The notes: generated by a model from the sequence alone, not told the origin. Positions 46,330 through 55,406 are shown, counted from the stretch's first letter. The stretch: 64,000 nt of DNA from an uncultured Bacteroidales bacterium (GCA_963790715.1 CAWBPN010000001.1:11902-75901); one strand, 5' to 3'. A program made the numbers and translations.

Positions 46330-48753
46330 TTACTTTTGATGACAATTAGCGGTTTTACGATATACTTCTTCGTCGATTTTCTCTAAAAATTTGCCCTTTC
46401 CGTTTTTGTCCTTCAGAAAATCTTGCAGATATCGGTATATGCTTGCCCGGCTTAACTTGATGCCTTTGCCTATTTCAAAGGCGACATATCGCGAAAAGAC
46501 TTCGGGCAAAAGGTTGAGGAATATGTATTTTTTAGACTTGGTGTTGATGATACTCAGGCGTTCGTCATTTTCATTGTTCAAGCGGCGGAATGCATATGTG
46601 GAATGTTGTTCCATCGTCTTTATCATCTCCAGCGATACTTCAAAGTCGACGTCTGAACATATGAGGTCGTGGTCGAAGCTGTCGACACCGGGTTGGCGCA
46701 GGGCTGTGAGCACCATTGCCAGGCGTGCGTGGGATATTCCCAGGCGGAACATCACCCCGTCGAACTGACCTTCGTAGAGCTTATAGTCCTTGATATACAT
46801 ACCGAGAAATTCGTCGTTGAGCTTTTCTATCTGACTGCCGGTGAACTTGAACTTGACGCCTTTATCACCTATGCATTTGAGCTTGGTGTAGATGACATAA
46901 ACATCCTTTGCCAACTCGTCGAACAGTTTGTAATCGGGTTCTTCGTCCTGATGTGCGTACGGGTTGCGCCACATGGGAGGCTGAGCCACATACCAGTAGC
47001 AGAAGCGACCGAACAGTCCGTCCTGCGTGTTGTGAATGAGGTTGGGCAGTTGATTGGGCGTACCTGTGAGCACCACCGATACGCACGGATGCTTTATGGT
47101 GTAGTTCTCGCTTTTTTCCTCGCCCTGGCGTGCCATGGTGTACTCTTCGTGGTGGGGTATCTTGCGCAGCAGGTCGGAGAAGTCGCCGTAGTCCTTACTA
47201 AGCATGTTTGCCAGCGTGTCGCTCTCGGTTTCAAGAATCAGTCCGCGTCCGCCGTTCATGGCAAGCATGCGCACGATGTAGGCGGCTGTGATGTTGCCCG
47301 GCAGGTGGAACAGTTTGACCGGCGGAACGGGTTTTGCTGCCAGTCTTTCGGCTTCTTCGGCTTTGTCTTTGCTATTTTTCAACTTATTGAGTTGCACGAT
47401 ATAATCGATGTACTCTTGCTTCGACTCCTCTTCGATTTTGTCGTGAATGGGTTGTACGAGGTGAAGGCTGCATTGCACTTTGCCTTTGCCGCTGCCGGAC
47501 GTGCCGATGAAGAAGAGGAAGAGGTTGGGCTCGATGAGTACGCCGTCGTAGTTGATGTTAAGGTTAGGCAGTACCGAGCTTATCGTACCGATGGATGAAA
47601 GCAGCATAAGGCATTTCTGTACCCTCTCGCTGTAGTTGTCGGTGATCTGCTTCAGCAGCGGCGGGAGATTGCAAAACACACGGTCGGAGAAGAGAGGCAG
47701 GCGCATGGGGTCTTCTATTTCCAATATGCGGTCGCCTATTGTCGGTTTGTCGCTCAATGGTTTGCTTACGTCGACGCCGGCGTTTTTGGCAAGATTGAAG
47801 TATGTGGCGATGCCGACTTCGCGATGAGGGTCTGCAACGTATTTGCGGAAATCCTTTGCCGGGTCGGTACGCTTGTGGTCTTTGTTGAACGAGCAGCATT
47901 TCAGAAAGACCGGTAGCCCGTTATCGCCCAAGTTTGCCAACGACTTGCCCAAGCGGTAATAATCATCGTATGTGGGAGCGATGTCTACGCCTTTTTTACT
48001 GATGCGGTCGAGTACGGTCATCACGTGGTCGAGCGTTTCCATATCGGCTTGTTGTTCTTTCTTGTCGGGTTTGGTGGTTGTAGACGGAGGTGTTTGTCTT
48101 TTTTTAGCGTCGGATTCCATGTCGAACGTCTTGCTCCAGTCTTCTATGGGTATTCCGCTGACAGGTTCTTTTTCGTTGTACATGACAACGGGGTCGTAGC
48201 TCATGAAGCAAGCGCGGGGTACGTCGGCACAATAGTCTACGTTGATGTGAAGAGCTTTTTTGAAGTACATCCAGTAGGCATTGAAGCTTTCGCGATAGGT
48301 GTATTTCTTCGTATCATAGTGGAGAAACACTTTGATGCCCGTGTGGGTGGGACTGTAGAATAGCAGAAAGGCGTGCATCCTGGAGTCGTTGAGACATGCA
48401 AGGCGCATTTCCTGAACTGTCTTTTGCGGATTGTCTTTGCCGTCCACATCCATGCAGACTACGCCGGAATAGTAGATGATGCTGTCGGCATTTCTTTTTA
48501 AGAACACTCCGGCAGGCAGGATGTAGTCCAGCTGCGATTTCAACTCTTTTCGCTTTTTTTCGTCTGTCTCGGTTTGAATGGCTTCAACCATTGCCTTGTA
48601 ATATGTGCCGGCGATGCCTTTTGCTATTCTGGCGAATAATACCGGTTTTTTCTCGGGGATGATGTGAGTGATTGATCCTCTGACGAATGAGCAGTTTAAG
48701 CCTGCTTTACTTTTTTGATTTGCCATCATTTTTGTTTTGTGCGGATTTTCCAC
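46330..48753 (-). CDS. VirE-N (BT4734-like) / DUF3987 primase-helicase-like protein
   Basis: 807 aa with an N-terminal BT4734-like region and P-loop GTSGSGKGK. The true start may be MANQKSKAGLN at 48726, as in the remnant at 50944-50985. A TACCTTTG -7 motif lies at 48809-48816. Confidence 0.75.
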   Translation of the reverse strand: MENPHKTKMMANQKSKAGLNCSFVRGSITHIIPEKKPVLFARIAKGIAGTYYKAMVEAIQTETDEKKRKELKSQLDYILPAGVFLKRNADSIIYYSGVVCMDVDGKDNPQKTVQEMRLACLNDSRMHAFLLFYSPTHTGIKVFLHYDTKKYTYRESFNAYWMYFKKALHINVDYCADVPRACFMSYDPVVMYNEKEPVSGIPIEDWSKTFDMESDAKKRQTPPSTTTKPDKKEQQADMETLDHVMTVLDRISKKGVDIAPTYDDYYRLGKSLANLGDNGLPVFLKCCSFNKDHKRTDPAKDFRKYVADPHREVGIATYFNLAKNAGVDVSKPLSDKPTIGDRILEIEDPMRLPLFSDRVFCNLPPLLKQITDNYSERVQKCLMLLSSIGTISSVLPNLNINYDGVLIEPNLFLFFIGTSGSGKGKVQCSLHLVQPIHDKIEEESKQEYIDYIVQLNKLKNSKDKAEEAERLAAKPVPPVKLFHLPGNITAAYIVRMLAMNGGRGLILETESDTLANMLSKDYGDFSDLLRKIPHHEEYTMARQGEEKSENYTIKHPCVSVVLTGTPNQLPNLIHNTQDGLFGRFCYWYVAQPPMWRNPYAHQDEEPDYKLFDELAKDVYVIYTKLKCIGDKGVKFKFTGSQIEKLNDEFLGMYIKDYKLYEGQFDGVMFRLGISHARLAMVLTALRQPGVDSFDHDLICSDVDFEVSLEMIKTMEQHSTYAFRRLNNENDERLSIINTKSKKYIFLNLLPEVFSRYVAFEIGKGIKLSRASIYRYLQDFLKDKNGKGKFLEKIDEEVYRKTANCHQK

Positions 48754-48906
48754 GTTTCGGATTTTTTATTCCGTTTCGGATCTTTCCGCGATTAAAATTT
48801 TATGACGGCAAAGGTAATGGGGGATGGAGGTAATACCTTCGAACCGATTTTTACGTTTTTTTAGTTCGAAGGTTTTGGCTTTGCTAATGGGGGTTTTGAG
48901 AGGGTG

Positions 48907-48926
48907 CTCAATACCTTCCGACTGAT
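48907..48926 (-). repeat. R repeat copy 10 (right-arm stub)
   Basis: CTCAATACCTTCCGACTGATG plus the same downstream TTTTTaCTCTTGATTT as copy 1. Confidence 0.7.
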
Positions 48927-49089
48927 GTTTTTACTCTTGATTTTTTTGTTTACACACTAATACAATACGGCAACATGCCACCTTGGTGAAATAATCTGAT
49001 AAGCTGTTTCATGTGGATACACAATTATTCTAATACTTTTATTTACTTTCTACAAACGAACAAAATATTGAATGGTTGAGCAAAAAACT

Positions 49090-50145
49090 CTATACATCAT
49101 CTCTAAATTTGGCTTCTAATTCCAAGATCCTTCCTTTTAATTGTTCAAATGTTAGAGGATTCTCGTTATATATGAAAGACTCTATCATCGCATTATAATC
49201 TTCCTTGAATAATTGCTCTATCTCTCCTATAGGCCATATTTTAATCAGCTCTCGTTTGTCGGATTCGTAATCTACAGAGCTAATATGATAGAATTTCTTA
49301 CGATGCTCAATAATATTTTTGTAAAGTTCCGCGTCATTTATAGCTGCATCCGAGTATGTGTCCATGAGCCTCTCTATATCATATAGATGGCGACTCATTC
49401 TTTCGCTTCTGGGTACTTTCTTCTGATATTCCTCATTTAATAATAATGCCTTTTCAAGAAAAGTTCTTATAGGAAGAACGGTTGGAATGATACATTGTGT
49501 CGCATCATCCACCTCATTAAAAGAGTCGTAAATTAAAGACGTTAAGTTTCTATTCTCATAAGGTTCGTCCATAGACATGCAGCTAATCTCTATCTTAACT
49601 TTAGGCTGTATATATTCATTCGTATCACCTAAGATACTTGGATAGACAATATTTATAACTACAGGATCACGGTCTGTATCGATAGGAACTTCAATACCAT
49701 CTTTAATAAAAGTTGTTACATTTTCAACCTGGAAATCCTTTACTCCCAAGTTCGTTAGCTGTGCATTTAGCTCTGGAGATAATTGTGCAAAGATAATTTC
49801 TCTTGATGCTTTACGTAAATTTTTAAGCTGATTATTATTATCACAGCTGGCAAAAGAATATAGTTCCTTCATTTCCTCTGTTTGGGTAAACCAGCTTCTG
49901 CTTAAAGATATATCTATATCTTCACTAAATCTTTGGAGATTAATGTCCTTCCATTTCCCTTTAGAGAGACTCGTACCTCCTTTGAAAAGTAAGAAGGACG
50001 AGAAAGACGTGCTAAAAAGTGCTTTAAGGGTAATTGTTACCCACCAGTCCTTTTCTATAGCTAACTCTTCTATATTTGTATTTTCTCCTGTCTTCTGTAT
50101 AATAGCGATACGCTCTTCTACAGTCTTATCTTGCCATATACTCAT
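49090..50145 (-). CDS. AbiEii/AbiGii-family nucleotidyltransferase toxin (type IV TA / abortive infection)
   Basis: 351 aa with ..LFKGGTSLSKG.. and ..RFSEDIDISL.. motifs. Confidence 0.85.
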   Translation of the reverse strand: MSIWQDKTVEERIAIIQKTGENTNIEELAIEKDWWVTITLKALFSTSFSSFLLFKGGTSLSKGKWKDINLQRFSEDIDISLSRSWFTQTEEMKELYSFASCDNNNQLKNLRKASREIIFAQLSPELNAQLTNLGVKDFQVENVTTFIKDGIEVPIDTDRDPVVINIVYPSILGDTNEYIQPKVKIEISCMSMDEPYENRNLTSLIYDSFNEVDDATQCIIPTVLPIRTFLEKALLLNEEYQKKVPRSERMSRHLYDIERLMDTYSDAAINDAELYKNIIEHRKKFYHISSVDYESDKRELIKIWPIGEIEQLFKEDYNAMIESFIYNENPLTFEQLKGRILELEAKFRDDV

Positions 50146-50737
50146 ACTTCTCTATGATTGGTTTAATATATTTACGAATCCAAACTGGTGCTACGCTTAA
50201 ATCTTCTTTTATTTGTTGTCTTTCTGCTGAATTTGAGACTATTTCCTCTATTCTATCAATGTCTTTAGGGGCAATATTGGATTTTCCTTTTGCTTTTAAT
50301 GCCAGTACAAGTAATGGCATTAATTGGCTCTTATATGAATATGAACTGGGAGCTCTATGTTTTAACCTTATTTTTTTATTTCCTATATTTATAATTCTTG
50401 GCGAGCCATTTGTAAGATAAACTGCTTTCATCGGGATTTGTGTTGAAAAGCCAAGAGCATTTAGGGCATATTCTCCAGTAGGTAATATCTCAGCATTTTC
50501 ATGTTCAGCTATTAGTCTTACTATTTTTTCCGCGGAAGGATATACGTTGCCATATTGTGTTATAATCGGTTTATAGTATATACCTTTTGCAAGACGTTCA
50601 AGTACCTCAAAGTCCTTTAATATAGATAATATCTTGCTAACGTATTCATTATCGAACTCCGCAAAATCATTAACAAAGAAGACCGTTCCCGGTTTTGCTT
50701 CGTCTATTCGTTGTTTTATTTGTTCTTGAATGGTCAT
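50126..50737 (-). CDS. AbiEi-family antitoxin (DUF6088-like wHTH)
   Basis: 203 aa with ..GTVFFVNDFAEFDNEYVSKILSILKDFEVLERLAKGIYYKP.. Overlaps the toxin gene by 20 nt. A TAACTTTG motif at 50756-50763 is duplicated at 50893-50900. Confidence 0.8.
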   Translation of the reverse strand: MTIQEQIKQRIDEAKPGTVFFVNDFAEFDNEYVSKILSILKDFEVLERLAKGIYYKPIITQYGNVYPSAEKIVRLIAEHENAEILPTGEYALNALGFSTQIPMKAVYLTNGSPRIINIGNKKIRLKHRAPSSYSYKSQLMPLLVLALKAKGKSNIAPKDIDRIEEIVSNSAERQQIKEDLSVAPVWIRKYIKPIIEKYEYMAR

Positions 50738-51079
50738 ATTAACATATTTTAGTCGGTAACTTTTGCAAAGTTATGGAAATTATCTATTATTTCCAACTTT
50801 AAACTAATATATTTTAGAATAATGGGGATAGGATTTTATAAAGCAGGTAGTTAGTCTATTTTATATTAACATATTTTAGTCGGCAACTCTTGCAAAGTTA
50901 TGGAAAAACACAATTTATGACCACCTAATTAAAAATAACAATGATAGATTTAAGCCTGCTTTGCTTTTTTTGTTTGTCATCTTTTTTGTTTTGTGCGGAT
51001 TTTTCCCGTTTCGGATTTTTCCGCGTTTAAAATTTTATGATGACAAAGGTAATGTCGGGATTCAACTATTTACTTTTCT

Positions 51080-52363
51080 CTATATTAAGCTAATGGCATA
51101 TAAAGGCAGGTTCGTCATCCAATCTTCTTGCCTGTAATCTGACATGGAAATCCTGTATGCTGTTTTCGAATGATTCTCCATTACAAACAGACTGAGGCTT
51201 TTTGCTTTGAGGTTCTCTTCTGCTTTTACTTCAATCGGTATAATTTTTCCATTTTGTTGTATCAAAAAATCTATTTCTTGCCTTGAATTTGACTTTGACC
51301 AATAGAAAGGATTCTTTGTAAGTTTCAATTGTTGAAGTACGTATTGCTCTGTCAAGGCGCCTTTGAATTCTGTGAAAATCTTGTTGCCTTGTACAATCGT
51401 TGTAGTGTCCAGATCGGTCATTGCTCCCAATAAACCGATATCTATTGCGTAAATTTTAAAGACTGATTTGTCTTCGTAGCTTTTCAACGGCAACCTTGGA
51501 GCTGAAACCGAACTTACTTTGTGAATCAACCCTCCGTCAATTAGCCACTGTAGCCCGATTTCATATTCGCGGGCACGTGCTCCTTCTTTTACAACACCAT
51601 AGATAAATTTTCTATTTTCCTTGCTTAATTGAGCCGGAATAGAATTCCATAACTGCCTTATGCGTGGAACAATTTCCTCAGGGGCATGTTTTGAAAAGTC
51701 TTTATCATAGCTTTTCAATATTTCATTCTGAATTTCCCTTATTTCCTGCCAATCTTTTACCTCGCTAAAGCTTAGTACTGCCTCAGGCATTCCTCCCACA
51801 TAATAATATTGCTTCAGCAGTTCTTTATATTTAGATGAAAAGAGTTTGATATTTGTCCAATCTCTATTGTTTAGCATATCAACCATGGCACTTTCGCCCA
51901 TAGCCTTAAGGAATTCTGTGAAGCTCATGGGATAAAGTGTGAAAAATTGAACTTTTCCGACAGGAAATGATATTTGTTTATATAATTCTATACCAAGAAG
52001 AGAACCGGCTGCAATAACATGATACTCAGGTGCGTTTTCACAAAAATACTTCAACGCTGTGAGTCCGTTTGTTGCTTCTTGTATCTCATCAAAAAATATC
52101 AGTGTTTCGCCGGCTACACATAATTGGTGTGTTGCAGCGTTTATAGCTGTCAAAATCCTTTTAACGTCGAAATCCGGTTCAAACAAGTTTCTTAAATATT
52201 GTTGTTCCTCGAAATTGATATAAGCCATATTCTTATAATATTGCCTGGCAAATTCCTTAACCAACCAAGTTTTTCCTACTTGTCTGGCACCTTCAATTAT
52301 CAAGGGCTTTCTCCTTTGTCCTTCTTTCCACCTAATCAAGTCATTTATAGCTTCTCTTTCCAT
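51080..52363 (-). CDS. AAA+ ATPase with C-terminal DUF4143 domain
   Basis: 427 aa with Walker A GARQVGKT, Walker B IFFDEIQ and C-terminal ..QEIDFLIQQNGKIIPIEVKAE.. Confidence 0.85.
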   Translation of the reverse strand: MEREAINDLIRWKEGQRRKPLIIEGARQVGKTWLVKEFARQYYKNMAYINFEEQQYLRNLFEPDFDVKRILTAINAATHQLCVAGETLIFFDEIQEATNGLTALKYFCENAPEYHVIAAGSLLGIELYKQISFPVGKVQFFTLYPMSFTEFLKAMGESAMVDMLNNRDWTNIKLFSSKYKELLKQYYYVGGMPEAVLSFSEVKDWQEIREIQNEILKSYDKDFSKHAPEEIVPRIRQLWNSIPAQLSKENRKFIYGVVKEGARAREYEIGLQWLIDGGLIHKVSSVSAPRLPLKSYEDKSVFKIYAIDIGLLGAMTDLDTTTIVQGNKIFTEFKGALTEQYVLQQLKLTKNPFYWSKSNSRQEIDFLIQQNGKIIPIEVKAEENLKAKSLSLFVMENHSKTAYRISMSDYRQEDWMTNLPLYAISLI

Positions 52364-52671
52364 GTTTTTTACCGTTTATCACAAAAAATGTACGAAATAT
52401 GCTACAAACATACACAAAAAATGTAGGAAAAACACGTACTTCTTACACAAAAAATGCAGGAAAGTGAAAATTGCCGACTCACAGCGTCTTTAAATGTTAT
52501 TTCCAATATTATTTGATTATGGAGTTATAATGTCATAACTTTGCAACATCTTTTTGTAAATGAAAAGATAATTCACAACCGCTTAATATAAACTCAAGAG
52601 GCCCTTTTAATAGCATTTTATAATGATAATACTGATTTTGTAATAATGATTGTTTTGAATTCGAATCGATA

Positions 52672-53208
52672 GTGAATAATAATAAAACTGAAATACGAAC
52701 TAAAAAGAAGAAGCCCTATAAATATCATACTATAGATTCGTTTAGCGAAATGAAGAATATTCTTTATAAAAAAGAAGTACAGGATCTGTTTAATAAATTG
52801 ACTAAAGAGGAATATGAAAAAGACGAAAAAGATGAAAGCCCTACTCTACCGCCGGAAAAAGCGCCTTGGGGATTAAGCACCCTATTAGTATTGCTATTGA
52901 ATATTTTTGAAGGCGTGGTCTGGATTACTTATAAAATAAAACTTGACAGTAAAACACTATATTGTTTCATTAACAAACAGTTCAATCTTAAACTACGCCG
53001 ATATTACAATGCAAAGAATGATGTCGACTCAAGCAATTGGAAACCTAAAGTGGAAAATGATATGAAAAAAGTGACCTCAATAATAATAGAAAAAAATAAT
53101 AAGTTCGGTCACCACCCCGATATGCAGTATGAGAACAATAAAAACGATGATAATAAGTGGGGAAATCATGAAGAAGAAGAAAATAAAGAAGAAGGTGATA
53201 ATTATTAA
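52672..53208 (+). CDS. Hypothetical protein (one TM, highly charged termini)
   Basis: 178-aa ORF with a non-ATG start in the track. AT-rich with low-complexity Lys/Glu/Asn content. Coding status is uncertain. Confidence 0.3.
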   Translation: MNNNKTEIRTKKKKPYKYHTIDSFSEMKNILYKKEVQDLFNKLTKEEYEKDEKDESPTLPPEKAPWGLSTLLVLLLNIFEGVVWITYKIKLDSKTLYCFINKQFNLKLRRYYNAKNDVDSSNWKPKVENDMKKVTSIIIEKNNKFGHHPDMQYENNKNDDNKWGNHEEEENKEEGDNY

Positions 53209-53370
53209 GATATAAGGCTTGTTTGCCAACATTGAAATTGCGGGTTTGTCAAAAATCGGTAATTATGCATATTTAATGATTTATTAGTACTATTTCGGCT
53301 AAAAAAAAACAAGAAATATATTCATAAATCCTTTGTGGTAAGCGATTTTATTTATAACTTTAAGGATTAA

Positions 53371-53628
53371 ATGAAAAAAGTTAAATATATTGTGGAACAT
53401 AATAATGAATTGAATTATAAAAAAGTACGTACTTTCGGCAAATCCGAGTTGGCACTGCTCTATAGCCCCGACTCTCAACCTAAGGTTGCCGTTGCCACAC
53501 TTAACAGATGGATACGTAGAAACAAAGAATTGGCAAAAGCTCTTGCCGCTATCGGATACAACAATAACCGCCATACATTTTTCAGTCGCGAAGTGGCTCT
53601 GATTTTCAAATATATCGGTGAACCGTAA
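53371..53628 (+). CDS. DUF4248 domain protein
   Basis: 85 aa. ..FGKSELALLYSPDSQPKVAVATLNRWIRRNKELAKALAAIGYNNNRHTFFSREVALIFKYIGEP matches the DUF4248 pattern (ELA.LY.P....A...L..WI.....L...L...GY...). Confidence 0.75.
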   Translation: MKKVKYIVEHNNELNYKKVRTFGKSELALLYSPDSQPKVAVATLNRWIRRNKELAKALAAIGYNNNRHTFFSREVALIFKYIGEP

Positions 53629-53929
53629 AATTACTATAACGCCCAATAATAATGGTTTTACAGTATCCGATAATAACCTCTGTAACCGTGGAACAATGTC
53701 CGGAAAACGTGAAACATAAAAAGCGATGTTGCCGGACAACTGTGAATCAAGACTAATAAATAGTGAAAGAATGTTGTTGTCAAATCCTGAATTTGTTGTA
53801 AATGACAGTCAATAATCGGTGAGAGACATGTAAAATTGTGGTTTTGATGAGCCGTCGTGGAACAATGGCGAAAAATCACGATTTTTCGACGATAATTGAG
53901 GTTCTGTGAAACGATCTTGCAAAACACTT

Positions 53930-53968
53930 GAAACGCTCTGGGAAGCAATGTGCTTCCCAGAGCGTTTC
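53930..53968. other. Perfect 18-bp-stem hairpin/palindrome
   Basis: GAAACGCTCTGGGAAGCA-atg-TGCTTCCCAGAGCGTTTC. A third, imperfect arm CTTTCCCAGAGTGTTTCAAG lies at about 53996-54015. Confidence 0.85.
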
Positions 53969-54108
53969 AGTCTGTAACTCAGAGTGTTGGCGATGCTTTC
54001 CCAGAGTGTTTCAAGCGGCATCTATTTGTATTGTCTTTTCCTGTTTCTTTTGCTCACTGTTAATGTAAGATATGTTCGCTTTTATTAGCATTATGAAATT
54101 TAACGCCG

Positions 54109-54641
54109 AATCTCAGTCTCAAATCAGTGCCTTTCCCCCTTTTTTGAACGTCATAACTCACATACCGTCAACACTTACCATTTTTCACCTCAAAATTCTC
54201 TTAGTTAATATCATATTTTTTATTTATCATATATATAATAATATTAATATAATATTATATTAGCAATAAATATAAACAAATAAGTATCAGTAGAATAAAT
54301 AGAAAAACAGAAAATAGCAACAGTAAAATTTAATTTACGTAGACATTATTTCCCAGTCTCAGTGAGACAAAATTGAGACAGCATAAAGGTTAATTTTACT
54401 AAAGTTAATTTAAGGTTGTCTCAGTTTGTCTCATGTGAGACAAAATTGAGACAATGACAGAAAATTATAATCACTTATAAATCAGAGGTATAGGTTTTTT
54501 GGCGAAGGGTTTATTAAGATATTGTTTGGTTTATTTAACACCGTATTTTATTCACTTATAACATCGATAAATAAAAGCATACGGCATGATTTCAGTGATG
54601 TATGGGGAAAGGGGGGAGGGGGTTGATTTGAGACTGAGATT
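54109..54641. repeat. 533-bp AT-rich segment bounded by perfect 18-bp inverted repeats and rich in GTCTCA/TGAGAC motifs
   Basis: IR-L is AATCTCAGTCTCAAATCA (54109-54126). IR-R is TGATTTGAGACTGAGATT (54624-54641). Internally, GAGACAAAATTGAGACA occurs at 54364-54380 and 54437-54453, and there are palindromes GTCTCAgTGAGAC and TGTCTCAtgTGAGACA. Confidence 0.85.
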
Positions 54642-55040
54642 TTATGGTTATATCCATTAATTATACAATTCTATAATTATATTTATCAACGCAAATATAT
54701 GTTGATTTATATGCTTTTGTATGAACTCTATCCCTCACATCATTAAACACATTCTCTTGAGGAAAAAGATCAGCATAACATATAAATAAGACGATAGTAG
54801 CTACGCTCATATAATATACTTAATCCATTGATTATTACTCAACCATTACGTATATTTTGCACTTTTATGTTATATAACTTTTCATGCTTAAAAATGAAAT
54901 AATTAATGATTAATTGCATCATAATATACATACATAAATCGATACAAAAAATCAAAGTTATATTTTCATTGTAGGGGTATTGTGGGAAAAAGATAAAAGA
55001 GAGAACTTTGTGTAAGATAAAATTAAAAAGATTAAAGATT

Positions 55041-55406
55041 ATGTCAGCACAGAGTGAAATTTATTCAAACTTCCTCTATCGTTACCAAACGGAGGGAGTT
55101 CCCAAAGGGATGTCAATAGAACATTACTGTTTTAAAGAAGGAGTTGAGTACCCGAAGTTCATGAGTTGGTATAGAGAAAACAAAACGAGGTTACACAAAG
55201 AAATTCAGGAAGAGCTAAAAGTTTTTCCGATCAAAGTGTTAGTCGAAAAGACAAACACACCGAATCTTAGTAAAACATCACAGGCGGATAAAATTACAGT
55301 GGAACATCTGTCGATGAAGCTAAGCAACGGCATAGAGATAAATAAAGAGCAAGTGAACTTGCAATCCGTAGTGGAGTTGCTTCAAAATCTATCGACAATA
55401 TGTTAG
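55041..55406 (+). CDS. tnpA: IS66-family accessory protein TnpA-like
   Basis: About 121 aa from MSAQSEIY.. It is the first of three overlapping or adjacent ORFs in the canonical IS66 order. Confidence 0.6.
   Translation: MSAQSEIYSNFLYRYQTEGVPKGMSIEHYCFKEGVEYPKFMSWYRENKTRLHKEIQEELKVFPIKVLVEKTNTPNLSKTSQADKITVEHLSMKLSNGIEINKEQVNLQSVVELLQNLSTIC

Noticed and set aside
46669-47598. 309-aa plus-strand ORF, and other long antisense ORFs (46391-46768, 47972-48363), inside the DUF3987 gene.
   Set aside because: This is the most GC-rich part of the window, where stop codons are rare on the antisense strand. The minus-strand 807-aa ORF has recognisable domains (P-loop, BT4734-like) and explains the region.
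48834-48873. Inverted repeat ACCTTCGAAC-(20 nt)-GTTCGAAGGT upstream of the DUF3987 gene, considered as a tRNA fragment or att site because of the TTCGAA core.
   Set aside because: There is no cloverleaf context and no anticodon or acceptor arms, and only a 10-bp stem. It may be a regulatory hairpin, but there is too little evidence to call it.
35807-51072. Calling the array a classical integron.
   Set aside because: There is no IntI-type tyrosine recombinase, attI site or Pc promoter in the window. R is several times longer than attC and I could not recognise the attC R/L box organisation. The cassettes also carry their own promoters. The analogy is kept only as a hypothesis in the findings.
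53299-53948. Minus-strand ORFs of 146 and 96 aa overlapping the DUF4248 gene and the downstream spacer.
   Set aside because: The plus-strand 85-aa ORF matches the DUF4248 pattern along its whole length. The antisense ORFs are hydrophobic and low-complexity and extend into palindromic non-coding DNA.
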